Positions 10,059-21,726 of a DNA stretch of 53,081 bases are shown here, piece after piece (the stretch's first letter is position 1; every line of letters begins with the position of its first letter). The stretch is from an uncultured Bacilli bacterium (GTDB lineage Bacteria; Bacillota_I; Bacilli_A; RF39; UBA660). Where the stretch lies: the NCBI GenBank assembly GCA_944371305.1, contig CALVXM010000005.1, forward strand, positions 1 through 53,081, read 5' to 3'. A program made the translations under genes and the position numbers. The notes below the pieces were generated by a model that was given only the letters and a program-made list of their open reading frames with translations, did not search any database and was not told the origin of the DNA.

Positions 10059-11168
10059 CTATAACTTTTTGACTTTTCTTTTTATTTCAATAGGTTCAGA
10101 GTTGAATTGTTTTTCTTCAATAAAACTTACTAACAACAACTTACCATATTTAATTCTAAATTCAGGATCAAACAAATTATCAGCTAATGGTTCAATAACT
10201 CGATCGATTTTTTGTTCTTTATAACCAAGCTTTTTAAATTTCAAATATAAATTTTTCATTTTCTCAATCCTAGATTGAGCCAAACCTAAATATTTAGAAA
10301 TATTTTTTTCCAATTCTTTATAGATTATATTTATCTCTTTGTCATATTTACTCTTGTTAGAATAATAATCGATTAAACTATAAACAACTAAAATTTGATT
10401 AGAACATAATTCTACCATTGGATTTACCTTTTCTTCAATAAATTGATAATATTGACTAGTTTGATAATTTTCTAATATCCGATTCATACGAAATGATATT
10501 TTATTAGAATATCTTGTTTTAATATCTTCAATTTCACTATTTATCTGATCTTTCATTTTCGTAAAATAATCATATGCCTCAACCACACTATCAAAATTTT
10601 TATTAATCTTTTTATAATTTAAGTAAATTGGCACTATTAGTTTATAAAAAGGTAATTCTTTTATATTGTAACTACTTAATAACTGTTCATATAAATTTTG
10701 ACTATTTAATTGTAATTCTTTTTTCATATTACGTATTAAAACAAATATTTCAACTTCGATATTAGCCGATTTAATTTTATCAATTGCTTCTGTTAGTATA
10801 AATCGTTCTGTAATGAAATAGTCATAAGGTATTTCACTATTTTTATCCAAGTTTTTTAACATTTCATCTAACATGATTAAAGTTTCTTTTTTTGTTTTAT
10901 TAAACTCAGATTCATAATAATTGTTATATTTAGGTTGAGCTTTGGATAAAATTTCATAAGCCTCATTTAATTTCTTAGTCATTTCTAAAGCTTTCATTTT
11001 AGCTTCTTTACTACTCTGTTCATAAAAATCTGGATGATATTTTCTTAACATCATTCGATAAACTTTTTTTAAACTATTATTATCGTATCCATTTTCTAAA
11101 TTTAATAATTTTAAAGCCTCATTATAGGTCATAATAATTCCCCCTTTTAACAGGGTATATACTACCAA
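10059..11168 (-). CDS. J-domain (DnaJ-like) protein
   Basis: N-terminal ALKLLNL...YRMMLRKYHPD...LNEAYEIL. Likely start is ATG 11132. Confidence 0.8.
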   Translation of the reverse strand: MVVYTLLKGGIIMTYNEALKLLNLENGYDNNSLKKVYRMMLRKYHPDFYEQSSKEAKMKALEMTKKLNEAYEILSKAQPKYNNYYESEFNKTKKETLIMLDEMLKNLDKNSEIPYDYFITERFILTEAIDKIKSANIEVEIFVLIRNMKKELQLNSQNLYEQLLSSYNIKELPFYKLIVPIYLNYKKINKNFDSVVEAYDYFTKMKDQINSEIEDIKTRYSNKISFRMNRILENYQTSQYYQFIEEKVNPMVELCSNQILVVYSLIDYYSNKSKYDKEINIIYKELEKNISKYLGLAQSRIEKMKNLYLKFKKLGYKEQKIDRVIEPLADNLFDPEFRIKYGKLLLVSFIEEKQFNSEPIEIKRKVKKL

Positions 11169-11199
11169 ATAATTACTTTTTTGTCAAATAGAAAAGGAA

Positions 11200-12885
<1,686 letters not shown>

Positions 12886-12889
<4 letters not shown>

Positions 12890-14229
12890 TTTAATTCTTC
12901 GACCACTCTTTTAAAATCATCGCCTCGATCTTCAAAACAAGCATATTGATCCCAAGAAGCACAAGCCGGACTTAGTAAAATAACCTCATTTTCTAACGAT
13001 AAGGTATAAGCTAGTTTAGTAGCTTCCTCCAAATTTTCTTTTTTATAACATTCGATTTTATTTTTAATGCAAAAATCAAAAATACGGTCTTTTGTCTCGC
13101 CATAACATACAACTAATTTAACATTTTTCATATGTGGTAATAAATCATCAAATGAATGTTTTCGATCTAACCCACCCAAAAGTAAAATAGTTGGTTTAGT
13201 AAATGAATCTAAAGCAATATTAGTTGATACGACATTAGTCGCCTTGGAATCGTTGTAAAATTCTCTTCCATTTAATCTTTTAACAAATTCTAACCGATGT
13301 TCAACACCAGAAAATTTATTTAAAACTTCTTTAATTATTTCATTAGAAATATTAAATTGTTTAGCAACCACAATCGCACACATAATATTTTCATAATTAT
13401 GGTTTCCTTTAACCCTAATATCATCTAATTTAATTATTTCTTCATCATGATAGTAAATAGCATCATTTAAAATATAAACATCACACTTTTTACTAGCTGA
13501 AAAATAAACTTTTGTCGATTTAATATCTTTAGTTAATTCAACGACATCAGCATCATTACCATTTAAAATAGCTAAATCACTGCTTTTATGATGATTAAAT
13601 ATTTTTTTCTTACATCTTTTATAATTTTCATAAGTTTTAAAATGATCTAGATGAACTGGTGTTAAATTAGTTAAAATACCAATATCAGTTTTGAAATCAT
13701 AAAAATCATGTAATTGTTGAGCAGATAATTCGATTACAATAATTTCATTTTCATTCATTTTATCGATTAATGAACTCATTGGAAATCCAATATTACCGCC
13801 CAAATGAACAGCCAAATTAGCTTCTTTTAAAATTTCATATGTTATAGTTGTTGTAGTAGTCTTCCCATTACTACCAGTAATAGCTACTATCTTAGTATTT
13901 TTAGGTAGATAATGATAAGCCACTTCTAATTCATTAATAACCGGTATTTTTAATTTCTCAGCTTTTAAACAAACTTTATGATCAACTTTAATACCAGGAT
14001 TCTTAACGACATAATCGAACTTATCATCCAAAAGTTCCTCTGGTGTATCAGTAATAATTAAATTAATACCTAATTGGTGTAATTCTTCTACTTTATCTTG
14101 ATCTTGTTCTTTCATATCAGTAATTAATATTTGACAATTATGTTTGGCCAGTAACTTAGCCACTTCATAACCGGATCTAGCCATTCCTAATATGAACATT
14201 TTTTTATTGTCATACATTTTTATCACCAC
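12886..14229 (-). CDS. murD: UDP-MurNAc-L-Ala:D-Glu ligase
   Basis: LGMARSG, ITGSNGKTTTT, NDSKATN, LSPACASWDQY. Confidence 0.97.
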
Positions 14230-14308
14230 TAATATTATACCACTTTAATAAAGAAAATGACCTAAAAAATTAATATTTACATATAAAAAGTAAGGTTATG
14301 ATACCTTA

Positions 14309-14752
14309 CTATAAATTACTTAATCTTTCTTTTACTAACTTGTTAACTAACGACATATCAGCTTTACCTTTAAGTAATGACGATACTTTCCCCATTACCT
14401 TACCAGTATCAGCTTGACCTGTAGGTTTTACTTCATTAAACACTTCATCCAATGTTTTATTAATTTCTTCTTCACTCATCATTACTGGCATATATTTTTC
14501 TAAAATAGCTATTTCCTTTTCTGTCTGTTTAATTAATTCATCACGACCAGATTTTTCTAAATCGACAATAGTCTCTTTCCTAGTTTTAATTTGTTTAGAT
14601 ATAACTGCAACCATTTCTTCATCATTTAATTCTCTTTTTTTATTTATCTCTTCTAATTGAATAGCGCCTTTAACCATTCTAATTACATTAAGCAAATCTC
14701 TATTTTGATTTTTCATCGCATTTTTTAAATCGATCATTATTTTTTCTCTCAT
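14309..14752 (-). CDS. yqeY: GatB/YqeY domain protein
   Basis: DLKNAMK...GKVMGKV...GKAD, directly downstream of rpsU. Confidence 0.9.
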   Translation of the reverse strand: MREKIMIDLKNAMKNQNRDLLNVIRMVKGAIQLEEINKKRELNDEEMVAVISKQIKTRKETIVDLEKSGRDELIKQTEKEIAILEKYMPVMMSEEEINKTLDEVFNEVKPTGQADTGKVMGKVSSLLKGKADMSLVNKLVKERLSNL

Positions 14753-14793
14753 ATATTATTTTCCTTTCTATTTTAATAAAAAAGCCCTAAGGC

Positions 14794-14985
14794 TTAGTTA
14801 TAATTTCGTTCACGGCGACGACTATTTTTAATAGCTTCTTTCTTAGCTTCTCTTCTTCTTTCGCCTGGTTTGCTATAATGCTCTCTTTTTCTTACTTCTT
14901 TAAGGAGGCCGTCTTTAACATTTTTTTGTTTAAACATCTTTAATGCACCATCAACATTACCATTTTTGACAACAACTTTAGACAT
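14794..14985 (-). CDS. rpsU: 30S ribosomal protein S21
   Basis: ALKMFK...EVRKREHYSKP. Confidence 0.93.
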   Translation of the reverse strand: MSKVVVKNGNVDGALKMFKQKNVKDGLLKEVRKREHYSKPGERRREAKKEAIKNSRRRERNYN

Positions 14986-15155
14986 ATAATCCCTCCTTCC
15001 ACATAACTATTTGACATTATAGCACTTTTATCGTTGTTTTTCAACAGTTTTCATTAAAAGTTTAACTTTTTTTGACTACTTTTTGTTAAGTTTTTGTATC
15101 AATTTACATAATTATTAAATAAATCTCCCAAATAGGAGATTTATTTTAAATACAA

Positions 15156-16070
15156 TTAAGCTTTCTTAAAACCACTTAAATAGTAATTACCATCAGCTTG
15201 TTTTTCAAATGTATATATATAACTATTAATTTTATCATAATTATTATCAAAATATTTATTAAATTCTGCCTCCGGTAAAGTATCATCTTGTCCATAAATA
15301 TAGAAAATATCATCAAGATACTTATAGTTATCATAATCATAATTATTATAAGCTGTTATTTTAAATTGATCGAGTGCTTCATCATAATACCAATCGTTAA
15401 AAACTGTTTTAACATAAATATTTATTTTTTCGCCATCATTAACTAATTCAGCTTTATAAGGATGCTCAATAATAGCATATTGTAAAGTAGAAAATCCACC
15501 TAAAAACTGCATGTCCGATGAATAAATACCATCACTATAAGTTACAGGGCCCATGATAGTAGCATCTCTAAATTTACCTAAATCAAAAGATTGATGGGTA
15601 TAGTTAACATTTCCAAATATATCTTTAATATATTTTTCTAAGGTCTTAGTCGATACTTCAAAAACAAACTCGCCATCACCTTTATCAACTTGTTTACCTG
15701 AATCATCCAAAGAAGCATAAGCAAATGCTGTTCTTAGAATTAAGTAATTAGGAATATTATCTTTAGAAAATTCGCCTACTTCATACAAATTCGAAAGAAC
15801 TTCACTGTTAAAATCAAATTTATCTAATATATTCTTTACTATTTTATCATTTATATTTATCTCTTCTTTTTCTTCTTGAACAATCGGTGGTTCTGATTCA
15901 TCTCCAGTATTTTCATCTTCGTTTGGTTTATTTTCATCTACTTCGCTACTAGGATTATCAGGTTCTTTATTATCATTTAACTTATCATATACGATATAAC
16001 CTACCAAACCAACTATACATATAGCAAATATAACGACTAAAATTTGTAGCACTTGAATCTTTTTATCCAT
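15156..16070 (-). CDS. Membrane-anchored extracellular hypothetical protein
   Basis: N-terminal TM, acidic N/E/P linker, C-terminal YTFEKQADGNYYLSGF. Confidence 0.75.
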   Translation of the reverse strand: MDKKIQVLQILVVIFAICIVGLVGYIVYDKLNDNKEPDNPSSEVDENKPNEDENTGDESEPPIVQEEKEEININDKIVKNILDKFDFNSEVLSNLYEVGEFSKDNIPNYLILRTAFAYASLDDSGKQVDKGDGEFVFEVSTKTLEKYIKDIFGNVNYTHQSFDLGKFRDATIMGPVTYSDGIYSSDMQFLGGFSTLQYAIIEHPYKAELVNDGEKINIYVKTVFNDWYYDEALDQFKITAYNNYDYDNYKYLDDIFYIYGQDDTLPEAEFNKYFDNNYDKINSYIYTFEKQADGNYYLSGFKKA

Positions 16071-16138
16071 TTAAAACATCTCCTATCCTAATTTACATTA
16101 TACATATAAATTAAAATAAAAACAATATTTTATTCATA

Positions 16139-16178
16139 AAAAAACCAAGAGTACAAATATTTTACACTCTTGGTTTTT
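16139..16178 (-). terminator. Intrinsic terminator closing the peptide operon
   Basis: aaaaccaagagt...actcttggtttt inverted repeat with flanking A/T runs. Confidence 0.8.
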
Positions 16179-16182
16179 AATA

Positions 16183-16338
16183 CTACATAGGACATGAACT
16201 TAAATATCTAATTGTTGAACCGACAATATTACCAAATTTAAAAATTATTTCAACACATATCGGAAAAAGGGGAAATAATATTAAAACTAAAATTCCAATT
16301 AAAATTATTTTGTAATTTTTTTTAATTAAATTGGACAC
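16183..16338 (-). CDS. Small membrane protein (51 aa), candidate immunity/partner peptide
   Basis: GTG start 5 nt after GGAGGA, overlapping the end of peptide 2. Translation: MSNLIKKNYKIILIGILVLILFPLFPICVENNFKFGNIVGSTIRYLSSCPM. It ends just before the terminator. Confidence 0.6.
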   Translation of the reverse strand: MSNLIKKNYKIILIGILVLILFPLFPICVEIIFKFGNIVGSTIRYLSSCPM

Positions 16339-16487
16339 ATTGTTCCTCCAATTGCACGTCTTAATGCACTACCTAAACTTCTACCCAAATCCATAAGTGT
16401 TGTAATACCACGACTCAAGGCATTAATTAAAGTACCTGTTATACTTACACCACCTACTATTTGTAATAATTCATCTTTTTCTAACAT
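16326..16487 (-). CDS. Double-glycine leader peptide 2 (bacteriocin-like, 53 aa)
   Basis: AGGAGGTG RBS. MLEKDELLQIVGG|VSITGTLINALSRGITTLMDLGRSLGSALRRAIGGTMCPI. Confidence 0.85.
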   Translation of the reverse strand: MLEKDELLQIVGGVSITGTLINALSRGITTLMDLGRSLGSALRRAIGGTMCPI

Positions 16488-16498
16488 ATTATCACCTC

Positions 16499-16633
16499 CT
16501 AATTACATTTTAGTGGTCGCATAAAACCATCAATAACACCGATTATAAAAACAATTGCACCACCAATTATTAAACCTAACCCTAGACCACCACCGGAAAC
16601 ATTTAATAATTCGTCTTTTTCTATTTTTTCCAT
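16499..16633 (-). CDS. Double-glycine leader peptide 1 (bacteriocin-like, 44 aa)
   Basis: AAAGGA RBS. MEKIEKDELLNVSGG|GLGLGLIIGGAIVFIIGVIDGFMRPLKCN. Confidence 0.85.
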   Translation of the reverse strand: MEKIEKDELLNVSGGGLGLGLIIGGAIVFIIGVIDGFMRPLKCN

Positions 16634-17097
16634 ATTTCTATTCCTTTCTTTATCTCTTGAAAAATAGTTGTCTTAGGTTTTTCAAAGACAATATTAATAA
16701 TATTATTATCAACTAACAAATCGTCAGGCAAACTGATTTTAAGTGTTACTTGATAATGAGGTTTTTCTAAAACCAAATAATATCCATCGCTAATATCTAA
16801 AATTTCATATTCATACTTTATTTTATTTACTAATAAATCATACTTCAAAATGTCATTAATTTTTGATTCTTCTAAATAAATAATCGTATAATAAGAATCA
16901 TCATTTTTCTTGATATATCCATTATAGTTTTCATATAAATTAAATTCATAGTTGAAAGCAATAATTAGAAAGATTAAACTACCAATTGCGAGAAACAAAA
17001 GCCAAATAATGATACTTTTAGATGTTTTCTTATTTAATATATATGAGAAGTTATTAAATATTTTTGGATAAATCACTAATAAGGTTCCCTTTCTCAA
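16621..17097 (-). CDS. Single-TM accessory protein of the peptide exporter (short HlyD/ComB-like)
   Basis: One TM then a beta-rich domain ending KTTIFQEI. Overlaps the PCAT gene and peptide 1. Start may be GTG 17076. Confidence 0.6.
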   Translation of the reverse strand: MRKGTLLVIYPKIFNNFSYILNKKTSKSIIIWLLFLAIGSLIFLIIAFNYEFNLYENYNGYIKKNDDSYYTIIYLEESKINDILKYDLLVNKIKYEYEILDISDGYYLVLEKPHYQVTLKISLPDDLLVDNNIINIVFEKPKTTIFQEIKKGIEIWKK

Positions 17098-19105
17098 TTT
17101 TTATAACTTGATCAAATAAATCAATATTATCTATTCGATGCGATATAAAAATAATTGTTTTATCTTTATACATCGTAATCAAATTTTTCATAATTATCCT
17201 TTCCATATTAATATCAACTTGACTCAATCCTTCATCGATAACTAAAATTTCAAATGGCTTAGCAATAGCCCGAGCTAAGATAATTCTTTGTTTCTCACCA
17301 CCTGATAAATTAAAACCATTTTCTTCGATCAAAAAATTAAATCCTAATTGATTATTTTTAATAATATCATCAACTAAACAAATCTTAGATATACCAATTA
17401 TATTGTCACTATCAATATTGTTATAAACAGTATCGGAAAATAATAATTCATTTTGTGAAACATAAATAATATCACTATTTTGATAATCATTGATATCAAT
17501 GTCATCAATGTATATTTTATCTCTTGGAATTTGATAATACTTTTTAAGTAGCTTAAATAAAGTACTTTTACCACTACCACTACTTCCTAAGACCATCACT
17601 TTACTTGCTTTAGTTATTTTTAGATTGATGTTCTTTAAAACATCATTTACATCATCAAAACTATAACTCAAATTATTAAAATAAATATCACCAATCATTT
17701 TTTTATCAATTATACCATTATCTTTTTTGTCATAAAATAAAGTTAAAATCTTCTTAATGGCAATCTTAGATTGTTTTATATTATTATCCAAATCGATGAT
17801 ATTACGAATTGGTGAAAGAAAATAAGTTAAAAGCGCATTAAAAGAAAGTAATTGTCCAAGCGTTATTTTATTTTCCATTACAAGTAAAATTCCAACTAAT
17901 AAAATAATAATAAAACCTAAATTATTAATTAACTCTTTCAATAAATATTGATGATTATAACTATTATCCAATTTTGCTATTTTATTTGATAATTTAGCGT
18001 ATTTATCTTCAAATTTATCCATAGTTTTACCAGTAATATTACAACCTTTCAACGTTTCATAACTATTGATACTTTCAACCATATAAGAAGTTAATTCAGC
18101 CTTACAATAAGTACAATCATCAATTTGATCATTAAAACTATTCCTAAAAAGCAAAATAGTTAAAACATATAACAATAAGATGATTAAACTAATAAAAAAT
18201 AAAGTAGTATTTAAAATATACATAATAATTAAAGCAATGATAGTGAGAGGTAAATCGATAAATAAGCTAATAGCTACTTTACTGATCATTTGCCTTACGG
18301 TATCAAGATCATTAATTCGTGAAATTATCTCACCTGTCGTATTATTTTTATAGTAACAATAAGGGAGATGTAAAATTTGTTTAAAAGTGTCATAAGTAAG
18401 ATTAAGATCGATTTTTTGATTGATTAAAATAATTATTTTGTTTCGTAAAAAGTCGGAGATTATTTTTAAAATATACAAAATTAAAAACAAAACAAATATA
18501 AATATAATCTTTTCTTTAGAAAACATAATATTATCGACCATTGCCTGCATATAAAATGAAGTAATAATAGAAAAAATCGTGATAAAAAAAGAAATGATAA
18601 CAACTTGACCTAGTTGCTTTGTTGAGGATTTGATTATTTTAATGATGAATTTATAAAAAGAATTATCAGGGATATTTTTGATCACTTTTATAGGGTATAG
18701 ATAGATGAGAATATTATTAAAAATTTTAGAAAATTCATCAAAATAATAATAACTAGTTTTACCAATTGGGTCAAAAATTAAAATTCTTTTCTTTCTAAAA
18801 TCAATTTTTTCGATTACAATATAGTGATTGTAGGAGTTATTTATTGTTACATGAGCAATACATGGTAATATTAAATTTTCTTCGGTTAAATCTTTTAATG
18901 TTGCCTTTATTCCATATGATTCAAAGCCACATTTTTTAGCTGCTTCAATCAAATGATAGGCAGTTGTTCCTTCTTTAGTTGTTTTACACATTTCTTTTAA
19001 ACTATTAATATCGATATAACCTTTATAATGTTTGATTATTTTAAATAAACATGTCGGTCCACAATCTTTAAAACCATCTTGTCTTATCAAAGTTTTTTTA
19101 AACAT
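17054..19105 (-). CDS. Peptidase-containing ABC transporter (C39 PCAT)
   Basis: IRQDGFKDCGPTCL and HYIVI (C39 Cys/His), TM domain, GSSGSGKST, LSGGEKQR. Start set at ATG 19105 after GGGAGG. Confidence 0.95.
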   Translation of the reverse strand: MFKKTLIRQDGFKDCGPTCLFKIIKHYKGYIDINSLKEMCKTTKEGTTAYHLIEAAKKCGFESYGIKATLKDLTEENLILPCIAHVTINNSYNHYIVIEKIDFRKKRILIFDPIGKTSYYYFDEFSKIFNNILIYLYPIKVIKNIPDNSFYKFIIKIIKSSTKQLGQVVIISFFITIFSIITSFYMQAMVDNIMFSKEKIIFIFVLFLILYILKIISDFLRNKIIILINQKIDLNLTYDTFKQILHLPYCYYKNNTTGEIISRINDLDTVRQMISKVAISLFIDLPLTIIALIIMYILNTTLFFISLIILLLYVLTILLFRNSFNDQIDDCTYCKAELTSYMVESINSYETLKGCNITGKTMDKFEDKYAKLSNKIAKLDNSYNHQYLLKELINNLGFIIILLVGILLVMENKITLGQLLSFNALLTYFLSPIRNIIDLDNNIKQSKIAIKKILTLFYDKKDNGIIDKKMIGDIYFNNLSYSFDDVNDVLKNINLKITKASKVMVLGSSGSGKSTLFKLLKKYYQIPRDKIYIDDIDINDYQNSDIIYVSQNELLFSDTVYNNIDSDNIIGISKICLVDDIIKNNQLGFNFLIEENGFNLSGGEKQRIILARAIAKPFEILVIDEGLSQVDINMERIIMKNLITMYKDKTIIFISHRIDNIDLFDQVIKIEKGNLISDLSKNI

Positions 19106-19189
19106 ATTTACCTCCCTACTAGTTATATTGATTAAACTAATAAAGAAATCCTTTAAAAAATACAAAAAAAATAATATTTATTAAAAATA

Positions 19190-19705
19190 CTATTTTTTTA
19201 AAACGAAAACTTTTTTCTTACCATAAGATTTTTCCTTAATAATATCTAAATTTGTTACTAAATTTTCCTCAACTTCACAGACAATAATACCTTTATCACT
19301 TAATAAATTATTGTCTATTATCTTATCTATAACTTTATTTATTAAATTATCATGATAAGGCGGATCTAATAAAATAACATCGAATTGTATTTTAAAAGTA
19401 TCTAATGCTTCAAAACAATCTTTATGTAAAATAAAACAATCAGAAATACCTTCAGTATTTTTAGTTATTGTTTTTACGGCTATCTTGTTTTTATCGACGA
19501 AATAACAACTCTTAGCGCCATTACTTAAAGCTTCTATCCCAAGACTACCACTTCCTGCAAATAAATCTAAAACGATAGCTTCTTTAAGATAATTTTGAAT
19601 ACTAGCAAACATTGATTCTTTGATCCGATCCATTGTTGGTCTAGTCCCCTTGATATCAAATCCTTCTAATATTTTACCTTTATATTTTCCGCTTATTACT
19701 CGCAT
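19190..19705 (-). CDS. rsmD: 16S rRNA m2G966 methyltransferase
   Basis: MRVISGKYKG, TRPTMDRIKES, LDLFAGSGSLGIEALS, DPPY. Confidence 0.95.
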   Translation of the reverse strand: MRVISGKYKGKILEGFDIKGTRPTMDRIKESMFASIQNYLKEAIVLDLFAGSGSLGIEALSNGAKSCYFVDKNKIAVKTITKNTEGISDCFILHKDCFEALDTFKIQFDVILLDPPYHDNLINKVIDKIIDNNLLSDKGIIVCEVEENLVTNLDIIKEKSYGKKKVFVLKK

Positions 19706-19739
19706 AATATCACCTAGTAATATTATAACAAAAAAAGTT

Positions 19740-20975
19740 CTATTTTTTTAGAACTTCTATAGCTTGACGCATTTTTAAATCATATTTAACCATTTCAATA
19801 CCACCAAATAGTTTTAAAAATTCATCTTTTTCCATTTGATATTTAGTGGCTAAATTGATGGCTTCAGTCTCAGCATCTTCATCAGTTACTTCGATTTTTT
19901 CAACATTTGCAATTTCCTCTAACATCAAACGATAAGTAACTCGCTTACTAGCTTCTTCTTTCATTTGATCTCTTAATGCCTGTTCATCACTATTAGTAAA
20001 TTGATAAAACATCTCTAAAGTAATTCCTTGCATTTTTAAATTTTCTTCATATTGTTTAATAATACGATCAATTTCTTCTTCAATCATAGCTTCAGGAATA
20101 TCTATCTTAGTATTTTTAGCTGCTGCTTCTAATAAATCATCAAGATATTTATTTTCTGCTTCAGCTTCTTTTCTTGTTTTAATATTTTCTTCTAATTGTT
20201 TAGCTAATTGTTCTTCAGTTTCGATTCCTTCCATTCCTAAATCTAAGAAGAAATCTTTATCTAATTCTGGTAGTTTTTGTTCTTTAATTTCTTTTACTTT
20301 AACTTTAAATACAACGTCTTTTCCTTTTAAATCATCAACGTGATAATCACTAGGGAAAGTAAGATTAATATCTTTTTCTTCGCCTTTTTCCATACCGATA
20401 ACTTGTTCTTCAAAGCCAGGAATAAAGGTATGACTACCGATTTTTAATGAATAATCTTCTCCTTTTCCACCGTCAAAAGCAACGCCATCTTTAAATCCTT
20501 CAAAATCGATAATAGCAATATCGCCATCGGCTACTTGTCCTTCTTTATCAATATTTTCAATATATCTTTGTCTAGTTTGTTCGATAGCGTCTTTAACTTC
20601 TTCTTTAGTAACTTTAACAGTTTCTTTCTTTACACCTAATCCTTGATATTTTCCTAATTTTACCTCTGGTTTTAGAGTTAAATTAAACTTAAATTCAACA
20701 TATTCATCAGTTACAGCACTAATGTTAATTTCTGGTTGAGCGACAATAATATCATCGCCATTTTTTTCTAACATTAATTCATAAGCTCTATTTAAGCTAG
20801 CTTCAGCAGCTTCCATATAAAGACTAGTCATCCCATATTTTTTAATAAATACTTCCTTAGGAGCTTTACCAGGTCTAAAACCATCGATTTTGGCATCCTT
20901 ATTTAATTTCTTAAAAGCCTTATCCAAAGCATCTTGCCATTCTTTTCCTTCAATTTTTATTAAAACTTCTTTCAT
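19740..20975 (-). CDS. tig: Trigger factor
   Basis: IDGFRPGKAP, FKBP domain IDFEGFKDG...FIPGFEEQ. Confidence 0.97.
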   Translation of the reverse strand: MKEVLIKIEGKEWQDALDKAFKKLNKDAKIDGFRPGKAPKEVFIKKYGMTSLYMEAAEASLNRAYELMLEKNGDDIIVAQPEINISAVTDEYVEFKFNLTLKPEVKLGKYQGLGVKKETVKVTKEEVKDAIEQTRQRYIENIDKEGQVADGDIAIIDFEGFKDGVAFDGGKGEDYSLKIGSHTFIPGFEEQVIGMEKGEEKDINLTFPSDYHVDDLKGKDVVFKVKVKEIKEQKLPELDKDFFLDLGMEGIETEEQLAKQLEENIKTRKEAEAENKYLDDLLEAAAKNTKIDIPEAMIEEEIDRIIKQYEENLKMQGITLEMFYQFTNSDEQALRDQMKEEASKRVTYRLMLEEIANVEKIEVTDEDAETEAINLATKYQMEKDEFLKLFGGIEMVKYDLKMRQAIEVLKK

Positions 20976-21083
20976 TTAATATCCTCCTTCAAAGTTCCTT
21001 TATAGTATATAATATTTAACAATTTATTGCAAGTATCTCATTAACTTTTTTCATACTAAAAAGATATCTAAATTTTAGACACC

Positions 21084-21551
21084 TTAAAATATTTCTACAA
21101 TTTTAACGTCGTATTTGCCATTAGGACTTTCTACTGAAGCAACACTACCAACTTCTAAACCTAAAATAGCTTGAGCAATTGGTGACTCATTAGAAATCTT
21201 ATTAGCAAACGGATCGGCTTCGGTACTACCAACAATCGAATAAGTCTCTATTTCACCATCTTCAACATATTCGATTTTAACATTTGTTCCAATAGTTACT
21301 TTGTCAGTTGAAACATCATCAATCAATTTAGCTTTTTCAATTAAAACTTCTAATTCTTTGATACGATTTTCCACAATAGCTTGATCATTTCTTGCAGCAT
21401 CATATTCTGCATTTTCTGATAAATCACCTAAAGCTCTTGCTTCTTTTAAAGCATTAATAACTTCTGGTCTTCTCACATTTATTAAATTGTCTAGTTCTTG
21501 TTTCATATCTTCTAAACCACTAGCGGTTACATAAACTTCTTTACTTGACAT
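21084..21551 (-). CDS. greA: Transcription elongation factor GreA
   Basis: EARALGDLSENAEYDAA, ISNESPIAQAILG. Confidence 0.97.
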   Translation of the reverse strand: MSSKEVYVTASGLEDMKQELDNLINVRRPEVINALKEARALGDLSENAEYDAARNDQAIVENRIKELEVLIEKAKLIDDVSTDKVTIGTNVKIEYVEDGEIETYSIVGSTEADPFANKISNESPIAQAILGLEVGSVASVESPNGKYDVKIVEIF

Positions 21552-21726
21552 ATAATCACCTCATATAATTGAAATCTAGAAAATAATACTACAAATTTAA
21601 ATGTTTGTCAATATATAATTACATTATAAAACTAATTTATGATAATAATAAAAATTTTATACTTTAAAATGATATTTATTAACAATAATTATAAATATAA
21701 AATTATTTAGATTCTCTAGTAATAAA

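Noticed and set aside
19126-19154. SigH-like promoter before the PCAT gene (AAAGGATTT...CAAT)
   Set aside because: The -10 deviates from GAAT and the region is too AT-rich to support the call.
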